Shown here: piece by piece, positions 25,531-33,851 of the stretch
Layout of the letters: each line of letters opens with the position of its first letter
Position numbering within the stretch: the first letter of the stretch is position 1
Source: an uncultured Phycisphaeraceae bacterium
GTDB taxonomy: Bacteria > Planctomycetota > Phycisphaerae > Phycisphaerales > UBA1924
DNA: 55,911 nucleotides
Reading direction: 5' to 3'
Assembly: GCA_964495635.1 (NCBI GenBank)
Contig: CAZBXF010000003.1
Span: 1-55,911, forward strand
Translations under genes and position numbers: made by a program
The notes under the pieces: model-generated
What the model saw: the letters and a program-made list of their open reading frames with translations, nothing else
Databases searched by the model: none
What the model was told of the DNA's origin: nothing

Positions 25531-25574
25531 GAAAACGCTGCCTCTGCAACCACTTTTGAAAGCGTTTTCAAAAG
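25531..25574. promoter_or_regulatory. AT-rich overlapping dyad symmetries in the divergent promoter between 24554..25453 and 25672..26940 (operator candidate)
   Basis: Dyad B: CTTTTGAAA (25553..25561) - GCGT - TTTCAAAAG (25566..25574). Dyad A: GAAAACGCT (25531..25539) pairs with AGCGTTTTC (25561..25569). It sits at the centre of a 218-bp divergent intergenic region. Confidence 0.35.
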
Positions 25575-25671
25575 TTTGTGTTTCTCTTGGTTTCCACCTC
25601 AGTCCCTGTTGGTTTTGCTGCTAAACTGCCACGCTGCGGCCCCGAGGGCCGATCCGGAGCATCACTGGTCC

Positions 25672-26940
25672 ATGAGTGACGAACGACAGCCACGCCTCGG
25701 AACTGGCCAGCTGGCCTTGGAGGCCATGAGCTTCGAGGCGGCTGCCACGGAAGTGGGCTGCCAGCTCCAGGAGGCGGTCAACGCACTCCTCGGCGAGCTG
25801 CCAGGCGCAGGTCCAGCTCCGACGGGGCCCGAACTCAGCGCGGCACTCGGGATCGACATCAACCTTGCCTGGAAGCTCCTGATCATCGCCAGGCCCGGCG
25901 CGAGCCTTGCGGGCCTGCTGCGCATGCCCGGCGAGGGCGCGCTCCGCATTCTCCTGAACGCTGCCAAGCGTCGGGGTGTCTCCGCGGCGACGCTGGAGCA
26001 GATCCGAGATGCCTTTGCCTCATTCGATCAGCTGATCGACAAGCACGCGGGGAGCCGGGCCGCGCTGGCTTCACTTCTCTCGCACGTTGATGGAGGACCG
26101 CAGCGCATCGATGTCGCGACACGCCGCGCGGCGTTCCGGGCCAACTCCTCGATGCTGGGGGTTCAGGCGGCGGTCCAGTTGGCGACGTACGTCTTCTGGC
26201 CCGAGACGATCGAGGGGGAGCGATCGTCGGCCATGGCGATCCTGCGTGGGCTGGGCGGGTTTCGTCGGCTGCGCTCAGACGTCTCGTGGATCATCGGCCG
26301 CGGCCGCCGCACCGACCACCAGGGGCGGCTCTATGGGCAGCCCTTCCCGCAGCCGCTCGATCCGGAGACTGCCAGCCTGCACGGCGGCGTTCCGCTGGTG
26401 AAGTTCTTCTCCTCTGCTGACCTGCCGCCTGTCCAGCGGACCATCACCGCCGACGGCATGGCGATCGATCGCATCGTCGCGGGGCCGGTTGGGCTCAAGG
26501 GCTCGCAGTCCTTCTTCCTCGCGGAGACGATGAGGCCGGGCCTGGCGAAGGCGCAGGACGCACAGAACCCGTCGCTCCGCCTCGTCACGTCCGTTCACAC
26601 GCCGTGCGAGCTGCTCGTCTTCGATGTGCTCTTCCATCAGGATCTGCCCGGGCTTGGCCCGCCGTCGCTGGTCACGGCGTCCGAACTCGGCGGCACCTCG
26701 CTGGGGTATTGCGATCCGAAGGACCGGGTGCTCCTGCACCTTGGCGCGGAGATCGAGGACCACGGCCGCGGCCTGCGCACGGCCCACATCCCCGAACTGC
26801 CGCGCTACCCCGAGATGCTCGGTTCGATCTGCGACCGAATCGGCGTTCGAAGGGAGGAATTCCAGATGCACCGGGTCATGATCGCCTTCCCGCCGATTCC
26901 GTGCGGCGTGATGATCGAACGCGACGTGAGAACGGCCTGA
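25672..26940 (+). CDS. uncharacterised cytoplasmic protein, paralog 1 (family not recognised; possible N-terminal HTH)
   Basis: 422 aa from the ATG at 25672, with no signal peptide or TM helix. Full-length similarity to 32478..33725, for example LAWKLL/LAWKVW, FASFDQLIDKHAGSR/FQALEALLRQHAGDR, RRAAFRANSSMLGVQ/RRGGFRAQSHFLGVQ, VHTPCELLVFDVL/VSTPCEHLVHDVL, LPRYPEML/LPRHAEML. Confidence 0.75.
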   Translation: MSDERQPRLGTGQLALEAMSFEAAATEVGCQLQEAVNALLGELPGAGPAPTGPELSAALGIDINLAWKLLIIARPGASLAGLLRMPGEGALRILLNAAKRRGVSAATLEQIRDAFASFDQLIDKHAGSRAALASLLSHVDGGPQRIDVATRRAAFRANSSMLGVQAAVQLATYVFWPETIEGERSSAMAILRGLGGFRRLRSDVSWIIGRGRRTDHQGRLYGQPFPQPLDPETASLHGGVPLVKFFSSADLPPVQRTITADGMAIDRIVAGPVGLKGSQSFFLAETMRPGLAKAQDAQNPSLRLVTSVHTPCELLVFDVLFHQDLPGLGPPSLVTASELGGTSLGYCDPKDRVLLHLGAEIEDHGRGLRTAHIPELPRYPEMLGSICDRIGVRREEFQMHRVMIAFPPIPCGVMIERDVRTA

Positions 26941-26947
26941 GAGAGCC

Positions 26948-27139
26948 TCACACGCCGCAGTTGCCGCTCACGACGTACGCCGCGAGGAGCTGCGCGTCCG
27001 TCAGGTCGGCGTTCTCGTCGCTGTTGAGGTCGCCGTCGAGCCAGTTCGCGCCGGGCGTGAGGAGTCCGACGAAGACCTCGGCCATCTGCTGCGCGTCGAG
27101 CAGGTCGACGTTCTCGTCCTGATTGAAGTCGTACTCGCA
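26948..27139 (-). repeat. copy D of the 192-nt coding repeat (C-terminal dockerin-like module)
   Basis: Encodes CEYDFNQDENVDLLDAQQMAEVFVGLLTPGANWLDGDLNSDENADLTDAQLLAAYVVSGNCGV*. The first 73 nt on the plus strand are identical to copy F (33852..). Confidence 0.9.
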
Positions 27140-28978
27140 GGGGTTGCAGGAGACCGGGCAGACGGTGAGGGTGGCCGCGTTGGTGAAGTTCGGGGCACAG
27201 ATCTCGCCCTTGAGGCGGAAGCGAAGGCGCGGCGCGAAGGTGCTGATCGCCTCGTCGATCCCTGTGATGGTGAGCGTTCCGGTCGAAGACCCGGAGACCT
27301 GGGCGCTGCTGAAGATGTCTGAGAATTCTCCGTCGAAGAGGTCCGTCCAACGGATGAGGGGTGGGTTGAACTCTGTCAGCACCTCGCCCCACTGCCAGGT
27401 GTAGGTAACGTCGGTGGAGCCGGTCATTGAGGCTTCGTACGACACGGTGCCGCCGAGCACCGCGGACGCGGACTCGGGCTGCGTGAGCACCGTCGGCTGC
27501 TCGCAAGGGACGGAGGTCAGACGAAGAACGTACTGCTGGTAGCCGCTGCCGCAGACGAAGCCATCGGCGAAGAGGTGAGCGACCGCGACGAAGTACTCAC
27601 CCGGCGTGAGGACAACCGAGCTTGAGGCGGGCACGCAGGGAGCCAGCGGGTTGGTGGTGCGCGAGAGCGTGAGTTGCTCTCCCGAGCAGGCCCCCACGGT
27701 CTGCGGCGGTCCGAGGATCACGGCCTCGACCGCGACCTGGCCACTCACGGATAGATTGACCTGCGCAGCTTCGGTGATGGTGAGGCGATACCAGTCGCGG
27801 TCACGATCGTTGAAGGCAGTCCCATTCCAGAGTGTGCCGACGATGGCCTCGTTGGGCGCGATCACACCAAACTCGCCACCGGGCAGGTTGCAGCCGTTGT
27901 TGAGAGTCTCGCCGCAGGCCTCGGGCTCGATGGTGGCGCCGGGCGGCACCGCCAGCGTGCACGGCGATCCGAGCGGATCGATGTTGAGGACGATGCTGCC
28001 GACGCCGCCCGCGCGGCCGGCCACCGAGAAGAGAACCGGCTCACCCTGCGTTGCGAAGAGCGTGAGGCGCGTGCCGCCCGCGAAGACGAAGTTACCACCC
28101 CCGCTGCATCGCTCGGGCACACCGAAGCACCCGGAGAACTTCGTCAGGATCGGAGAGGCAGAACCCGAGGCCACGACCTGCACCCAGCCCGTCTGCGTGG
28201 GCGTGTAGCTGAACCAGACGTCCTTGAACGTCAGGCCCGGGATGTTCGCGTAGCAGGGGCTCGTGCCGTCCTGCGTCGCGCCCTCGTTGGTGCCGACGAA
28301 GGCCGGGGTGGCGCCGACATCCTCAGAGATGGCGGCCGCGGCGTCGCAGTTGTCGTTGAAAGGAGGTGGCAGGGGTGTGGTGTTGCCGCCGGCGAGTGAC
28401 ACCTCGAGATAGGTGTCCTCGTCACCGAATCCGAGCTGATAGGAGGCTGAGGTCTGGACGCTCCACGCTGTTTCGCCGAAGGAGACTTCGGGCCCCACGC
28501 CCGCGACCACGGCGAGCCAGTACTCACCCGCCGCGAGCGTGGGCCCGGACTGGCCCCGCAGGCGCGGGAACTCAGGCGGGGTGCGCTCCGCCACCGATCC
28601 GAAGGAGAGGCCTGAGCCCGGCCGGCCACGGCCGTCGGTCGTGTCGTCCGAAGCTACCAGCGCGCCAGCAGCGTCGTAGAGGCCCAGGGCGATGTCCCCG
28701 CCCGCCGCGAAGAGGGAGGCCGAAACGTCAAGGTACAGCTCGCCCGCGATCGGCGTGGTGAGATCGAACCTCAGCCACTTGACGGAGAGAACTTCACCGG
28801 GCGAGACTCCATCGCCAAAGTCGAAGGCGAGCGATGTGTCGATGGGCTCCTGAGCCGAGGCGGGGATTGCGGGCGCGATGACCTCGCCAAGGTCGACGAA
28901 GTCCGTGGGTTGTGCGAGTGCTGCGGGAGCAAGGCTGCCACACACGAGCGCCGTCATCGACCAAAGTGCGTTTCGCAT
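26948..28978 (-). CDS. secreted multi-beta-sandwich protein (PPC/pre-peptidase-C-terminal-like and Ig-like domains) with the shared C-terminal dockerin-like module
   Basis: The ATG at 28978 (AAGGA upstream) gives the signal MRNALWSMTALVCGSLAPAALAQP. PPC-like segments: GELYLDVSASLFAAGGDIALGLYDAAGALVASDD and DRDWYRLTITEAAQVNLSVSG. Ends in CEYDFNQDENVDLLDAQ...VVSGNCGV. The domain call is tentative. Confidence 0.8.
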   Translation of the reverse strand: MRNALWSMTALVCGSLAPAALAQPTDFVDLGEVIAPAIPASAQEPIDTSLAFDFGDGVSPGEVLSVKWLRFDLTTPIAGELYLDVSASLFAAGGDIALGLYDAAGALVASDDTTDGRGRPGSGLSFGSVAERTPPEFPRLRGQSGPTLAAGEYWLAVVAGVGPEVSFGETAWSVQTSASYQLGFGDEDTYLEVSLAGGNTTPLPPPFNDNCDAAAAISEDVGATPAFVGTNEGATQDGTSPCYANIPGLTFKDVWFSYTPTQTGWVQVVASGSASPILTKFSGCFGVPERCSGGGNFVFAGGTRLTLFATQGEPVLFSVAGRAGGVGSIVLNIDPLGSPCTLAVPPGATIEPEACGETLNNGCNLPGGEFGVIAPNEAIVGTLWNGTAFNDRDRDWYRLTITEAAQVNLSVSGQVAVEAVILGPPQTVGACSGEQLTLSRTTNPLAPCVPASSSVVLTPGEYFVAVAHLFADGFVCGSGYQQYVLRLTSVPCEQPTVLTQPESASAVLGGTVSYEASMTGSTDVTYTWQWGEVLTEFNPPLIRWTDLFDGEFSDIFSSAQVSGSSTGTLTITGIDEAISTFAPRLRFRLKGEICAPNFTNAATLTVCPVSCNPCEYDFNQDENVDLLDAQQMAEVFVGLLTPGANWLDGDLNSDENADLTDAQLLAAYVVSGNCGV

Positions 28979-29052
28979 CGCTGAGTCCTTCGTGCTTTGG
29001 GGGAAGTCCATGGGGACGAGCTTGGGGAAGACACACCAACAGGCAACCGGAC

Positions 29053-29244
29053 TCACACGCCGCAGTTGCCCGTGACGACGAACGAGGCCAGCAGCTGCGC
29101 GTCGGTCAGGTCTGCGTTCTCGTCGCCATTGAGGTCGCCATCGAGCCAGCCCGCCTCGGGTGGGATCAGGCCGACGAAGACCTGGGCCATCTGCTGAGCG
29201 TCGAGCAGATCGACGTTCTCGTCCTGGTTGAAGTCGTAGTCGCA
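29053..29244 (-). repeat. copy E of the 192-nt coding repeat (C-terminal dockerin-like module)
   Basis: Encodes CDYDFNQDENVDLLDAQQMAQVFVGLIPPEAGWLDGDLNGDENADLTDAQLLASFVVTGNCGV*. Confidence 0.9.
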
Positions 29245-32200
29245 GGGGTTGCCGCCCTGGAACTCGAAGGCTCCGATGTCGAGGCCGCCGCCCGCGACGC
29301 GGGCCGCGCGGGACAGATCGAGCGTGATCTGAGGGGGCAGCGACGCGGCGTCGCCAGCGTTGATGGAGGTTGACGAGGCAGTCAGGGCGTAGTCACCCGA
29401 AGCCGCGTTCGCGAAGGCCGGATCATCATCGATGTTCCCAAGGCCGAGGTAGCCGCCCGCGATGTTGGAGTAGGTCACGTCGACGGTGGGCTGAGTGCCG
29501 CAGAAGTTCTGGATGTTGGCCAGACCGGTGCTGGCTCGGACGATGGTGTTGCTGACCGAGCTCTCGGCGACGGCATCGCATGATCCGAAGACCACGCCGC
29601 CGGCGGCATTGCCGACGATTGTGGAAGCCGAGAGAACGTGCTTGCGAGGTGTGCCGCCGATGCCATCGAGCATGATGCCGCCGCCGCGATCGGTGGCGGT
29701 GTTGCCGGCGATGAGCATGTTGGTGAGCGTGGCGTCGAGCGAGTCGGACCAGAGCCCGCCGCCGCGCCCGGCGGTGTTGCCAATCAGGCGGATGCGATCG
29801 AGCCGGGTGGGCCCCTGGCGGCTTACGAAGATGCCGCCGCCGCGGGCGTTGTTGGCGTTACCGCCGGGGGCAGGGGCCGCGATGCCGCCGATGCAGGTGA
29901 TGTCCTCGAGGATCGCGGTCGAGGTCGTCCCGCCGCCAGAGAGGTGCAGGCCAGCGCCGACGCGGGCGCGGTTGTTGACGAAGGTGAGGTTGCGGGCGAT
30001 GACGTTGAGACCATCAAGTCGGGCGCCGCCACCATCGCCAAAGCTGTCGGAGGCGGTGGGGATCGCCTGACAGTCGGTGAAGGTGCTCTCCTCGACGGTG
30101 AGGGTGCCGGTGCTGATGGCCCAGAGTCCGCCGCCGATCTTCGAGCGGCAGTTGTTGAATGTCAGGCGTCGCGCCGTGGCGGTGGTGCCGCTGAGGCGCA
30201 GGCCGCCGACATCGCCGAAGGAGCCCGAAGCGGTCGGGATTCCGAAGCAGTTCGTGAAGGTCGAGTCTTCGACCAGCGACGACGTGCTCCCTCCGACGGC
30301 CAGGCCGCCGACGAACTTCGCCGAGCAGTCGGAGACTGTGACGTTGCGAACGACCGTGATGCCGCCACCGATATCGCCCGCGCCGTAGTCGCCGCCGTTG
30401 TTGTTGACGGGCGTCGCGACGAGGTTGCGGAAGATGGAGTCCTGGATCGTCGTCGTGGACGTGGTGCTGGTGCCGGCGGTCTTGATGCCCGCGACGTTGC
30501 GTGCGGTGCAGTTCTCGACCAGAACGCGGTTCAGGAGGATGGTGTTGGCCGTGACGTTGGCCGCGGCCCAGTCGCCCCCCTGATTGTCGGGCGTCACCGC
30601 TGCGTGCAGGTTTCGGAACTGCACGTCGGTGAAGGAGACGGTGGCGTCGGAGCGGGCGGGGAAGATGATGCCCGCGCCCTGGCGCGACGTCGCGTCGCGG
30701 AAGATCGTGTTCGAGACGATCAGCCCGCCACCCAGCTGCTCGTTCCAGATGTGGGCACCGGCGTTGGGAGCGATGTTGTTGGCAAAGTCTGAATTCTCGA
30801 TGGTGAGAACGACACGACCGCTCATGCCGATGGCGCCGCCCTGCTGGTTGGTGGGGCCGAGCGTCTCGTTGCCGGTAAAGGTGCAGTTGCGGATCAGCGC
30901 GTTGCGGGCCGTGCTCTGGAGTGCTTCCAGCCAGATGCCGGCCCCGCGGTTGTTGGTGGCGGTGTTGTTCTGGAAGGTGCAGTCGATGAACGAGACGTTG
31001 CTCCGGCGGACGCGCACCGCGCCGCCCTCGTTGTCGGACGTGCTGCCGGAGTTCACGTTGTTGTTCCGGAAGGTGCAGCCGTCGAAGGTCGTGAGCTGTG
31101 CACCGCTGTTGACGCGCACCGCGCCGCTCCCACCGCTGAGCACGAAGCTCCCCGACGTGGCCCCCACCGCGCGGTTGCCTTCGAAGAGACAGTCCGTGAC
31201 CGTCGTCTGGTGCGTGGTGGCCAGTGCGCCCGCGACCGCCGCGGTGTTGTTGCGGAAGATCGTGTTCTCGATGATGGAGCCGCCTGGGGGCGCGTTCGTG
31301 CTGCCCTGCGCGATGGCCCCGCCGATGCCGCCATTGGCAACGTTGCCCTCAAAGAGGGCGTTGCGCACCACAAACGCACCTGCGGCGGCGGTCTCGACGG
31401 CCGCGTTGCCGCTTGCGGTGTTGCCGGTGAAGGTCGTGCCATCGATGATGATCGAGGCGGTGTTGCCGGTGCCGATGCCCTTGATCGCGGAGCCGTTGCC
31501 GCGCGTGACGCTGTTGGTCGCGAACGAGCCCCCGGTGATCGTGAGCGTCGCGCTGTCGCGGATCGCGATGGCGCCGCCGCCGCCGAAGGTCGTGCTGACA
31601 GAGCCCGTGGAGGTGGTCGTGGCAGAGTTGCCGGTGAAAGTGCTCGAAGTGATGGTCACGATGCTCGTGCCACTGGCACCGATCGCGCCGCCGCCAAGTT
31701 CGACTGACTGATTCGCCTCAAAGGTCGAGCCCGAGACGATCAGGGTCCCATCCACCACCGAGATGGCGCCACCGAGCCCGGCGCCGGTCGTGATGACCGC
31801 CGCGGCGTTGTTGCGGAAGGTCGACGAGACAATCTCAACGGTCCCGCCGACGACGGACAAGCCCGCTCCCGCGCCGTCGAAGCTCACGTTCCCCTCGACG
31901 ATGCAACCCTCGATCCGCAGCGGCGTCGCCGTGGTAGAGATGCCCGCTCCCGTCCCGCTCGAGCCGAGGTTCCCGCCGCTGATGGTCAGTCCCTGGAGCG
32001 TGACGCCGCCGCCGATCGTGCTCATGGTGATGACCGGACCGGTCGTGCCGCCGCCACTGATCGTCGTCTGGGCCGCCCCTGCCGTGCCGCGGATCACAAG
32101 CGCTTTGCCGAGCAGGTCGAGCTGCTCGTTGTACGTGCCCGGCGCGACCAGGATCAGATCGCCCGGACTCGCGGCGGCGATCGCCCCCTGGATCGTCGGC

Positions 32201-32322
32201 ACATCCGCCGGAACGTTGATCGTCGCCGCGGATGCCGCCGTTCCGACCAGCATCGTGAGCAGCGTTGCCGACAGCGGGAGGACCGAAGAGGAGCGCGTAC
32301 AGAGTCCGGTTCGACACGACAT
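29053..32322 (-). CDS. large secreted right-handed parallel beta-helix protein with Pmp-like (GGA[IV] / FxxN) repeats and the shared C-terminal dockerin-like module
   Basis: The ATG at 32322 (GGAGG 7 nt upstream) gives a signal ending ...LLTMLVGTAASAATINV. More than 10 alternating motifs are present, such as GGAISVV, GGGAIGAS, GGGAIAIR, GGAIAQGS, GGAVRVR, GGAIGMSG, GGGLWAIS, GGGIFVS and GGGIMLDG. These alternate with FRNNAA, FEANQS, FTGNSA, FATNSV, FTGNTA, FEGNVA, FRNNTA, FQNNTA, FANNIA and FVNNRA. Ends in CDYDFNQDENVDLLDAQ...VVTGNCGV. Confidence 0.85.
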   Translation of the reverse strand: MSCRTGLCTRSSSVLPLSATLLTMLVGTAASAATINVPADVPTIQGAIAAASPGDLILVAPGTYNEQLDLLGKALVIRGTAGAAQTTISGGGTTGPVITMSTIGGGVTLQGLTISGGNLGSSGTGAGISTTATPLRIEGCIVEGNVSFDGAGAGLSVVGGTVEIVSSTFRNNAAAVITTGAGLGGAISVVDGTLIVSGSTFEANQSVELGGGAIGASGTSIVTITSSTFTGNSATTTSTGSVSTTFGGGGAIAIRDSATLTITGGSFATNSVTRGNGSAIKGIGTGNTASIIIDGTTFTGNTASGNAAVETAAAGAFVVRNALFEGNVANGGIGGAIAQGSTNAPPGGSIIENTIFRNNTAAVAGALATTHQTTVTDCLFEGNRAVGATSGSFVLSGGSGAVRVNSGAQLTTFDGCTFRNNNVNSGSTSDNEGGAVRVRRSNVSFIDCTFQNNTATNNRGAGIWLEALQSTARNALIRNCTFTGNETLGPTNQQGGAIGMSGRVVLTIENSDFANNIAPNAGAHIWNEQLGGGLIVSNTIFRDATSRQGAGIIFPARSDATVSFTDVQFRNLHAAVTPDNQGGDWAAANVTANTILLNRVLVENCTARNVAGIKTAGTSTTSTTTIQDSIFRNLVATPVNNNGGDYGAGDIGGGITVVRNVTVSDCSAKFVGGLAVGGSTSSLVEDSTFTNCFGIPTASGSFGDVGGLRLSGTTATARRLTFNNCRSKIGGGLWAISTGTLTVEESTFTDCQAIPTASDSFGDGGGARLDGLNVIARNLTFVNNRARVGAGLHLSGGGTTSTAILEDITCIGGIAAPAPGGNANNARGGGIFVSRQGPTRLDRIRLIGNTAGRGGGLWSDSLDATLTNMLIAGNTATDRGGGIMLDGIGGTPRKHVLSASTIVGNAAGGVVFGSCDAVAESSVSNTIVRASTGLANIQNFCGTQPTVDVTYSNIAGGYLGLGNIDDDPAFANAASGDYALTASSTSINAGDAASLPPQITLDLSRAARVAGGGLDIGAFEFQGGNPCDYDFNQDENVDLLDAQQMAQVFVGLIPPEAGWLDGDLNGDENADLTDAQLLASFVVTGNCGV

Positions 32323-32413
32323 GAAAGAGCCTCCGGGACTGCTTGAAATGGGGACCGGGTGGGGCCGACGGATCACTTTCGGTAACCTACCGGGGGGAGC
32401 GGTGCCTGTCCAG

Positions 32414-32433
32414 CAAAATGTTCAAACATTTTG
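32414..32433. promoter_or_regulatory. AT-rich perfect palindrome in the divergent promoter between 29053..32322 and 32478..33725 (operator candidate)
   Basis: CAAAATGTT-CA-AACATTTTG has 9-bp perfect arms. It lies 45 nt upstream of the ATG at 32478 and 92 nt upstream of the ATG at 32322. It is the most AT-rich stretch in this intergenic region. Confidence 0.35.
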
Positions 32434-32477
32434 GTGAACCCGACCAGAGCCTTTGGTATGCTTGCGCCATTCAGTCG

Positions 32478-33725
32478 ATGGAGAGGCCGCACATGCCCGT
32501 GAAGACCCCTGCGAGTATCGCGACGGACCCACCCGAGACCGACTTCACCGAGGAGGCGCGGCATGTCCTCGCGCTCCTGCGCCGAGCCACGGGCGCGCTG
32601 ATCGGGTCGCTCGCGGATGCGGATCGGCCCGTCCGCCTGGCCGACCGCCTGTCGATCGATCGGAGCCTGGCGTGGAAGGTCTGGCAGGTGGGGCACGGTG
32701 AGGCCGCGTGCCCTTCGGCGGCACACATTCCCGGGTCGGCGGGCTTCGAGCACTTTCTCCAGGCTGCGGGCACGGCGGGCGCGCCGCTCTCGCTGGTGGA
32801 ACGGGCGCGATCGGCCTTCCAGGCGTTGGAAGCGCTCCTCCGGCAGCACGCCGGCGACCGCACCTCCGGCGCCATGATGCTCGGCTCACTCTCCGACGAG
32901 GGACGGGACCGGCTCGAGCGTGCCGTGCGACGCGGCGGATTCAGGGCGCAGAGTCACTTCCTGGGCGTGCAGACGCGTGTGCTGTATCAGGCCGATCTCC
33001 TTATTCCCACACAGGCCGGATTCTGGCCGGATGTGGCGCGTCTGCGAGGACACTTCGGACTTCAGCGCACCCGCGCCAATGTTCCCTGGATCATCGCGAG
33101 GAGCACGCCCGTCAACGCCGACGGACCCATCTGGGAACACACGCGCCAGCCGCTCGAGCCTGGCGCTGCGGCCGAAGGAGAGTCGCCGCTGCTGGTGAAT
33201 CGCTTCTGCTCGTCGCCACGCCCGCGCGTCAACCGGCGCGTGCTGGTGGGTGTCACCGTGGAAGATGAGCTTGAACCCGGACCGATCGGGCAGACGGGCG
33301 CGGTTGATGTCGTCACGGGCGAACTCGTGCGCGTGAAGGAGCAGGCCGACACACTCACCAACGCCGTGACGATGGCCGTCTCGACGCCTTGCGAGCACCT
33401 CGTGCATGATGTGCTCATCGTGCAGGGCAGGCCGGGTGCCGCGGCGGGGCCGGTGGAGCTGAGGCTCCACGCGACCGTGCACGGCGACCTTCCCTACCTG
33501 CGCGGGCGCGAGTCGTACGCCGTTCCGGTCATGGAGCAGTTTGTCGATCTCGGCCCCGTGAGCGAGGCTCCCGCGTACCCCTCGCTCCCGCGCCACGCCG
33601 AGATGCTGGACTGGCTCTTGGAACGCACGGGCAACGACCCGGCGAAGGTTCGGCTCTACAGACTGACGATGCGCATGCCGCCACTCCCGAGCTGCGCCGC
33701 GGCGATCTACCGCATCGGCGGCTGA
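32478..33725 (+). CDS. uncharacterised cytoplasmic protein, paralog 2 (same family as 25672..26940)
   Basis: 415 aa from the ATG at 32478 (alternative ATG at 32493), with no signal or TM. Collinear similarity to paralog 1 along the whole length; see that entry. Confidence 0.75.
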   Translation: MERPHMPVKTPASIATDPPETDFTEEARHVLALLRRATGALIGSLADADRPVRLADRLSIDRSLAWKVWQVGHGEAACPSAAHIPGSAGFEHFLQAAGTAGAPLSLVERARSAFQALEALLRQHAGDRTSGAMMLGSLSDEGRDRLERAVRRGGFRAQSHFLGVQTRVLYQADLLIPTQAGFWPDVARLRGHFGLQRTRANVPWIIARSTPVNADGPIWEHTRQPLEPGAAAEGESPLLVNRFCSSPRPRVNRRVLVGVTVEDELEPGPIGQTGAVDVVTGELVRVKEQADTLTNAVTMAVSTPCEHLVHDVLIVQGRPGAAAGPVELRLHATVHGDLPYLRGRESYAVPVMEQFVDLGPVSEAPAYPSLPRHAEMLDWLLERTGNDPAKVRLYRLTMRMPPLPSCAAAIYRIGG

Positions 33726-33851
33726 GGCTCGATGCGCGTGGATACTCCCGACACTCCGCGCCTGTTCTGACTGCGATTGAGTGGCGACGAACAAGCACGT
33801 GGGCGAGCGCACGCACGCCTCGACACGAGCGCGGACCCAGAGCCGTCATCA

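Noticed and set aside
29638-32437. Series of plus-strand ORFs (29638..30792, 30584..31711, 31763..32437 and smaller ones)
   Set aside because: All are antisense to the Pmp-like beta-helix gene. Their periodic composition simply mirrors the Gly/Ala/Thr repeats on the coding strand.
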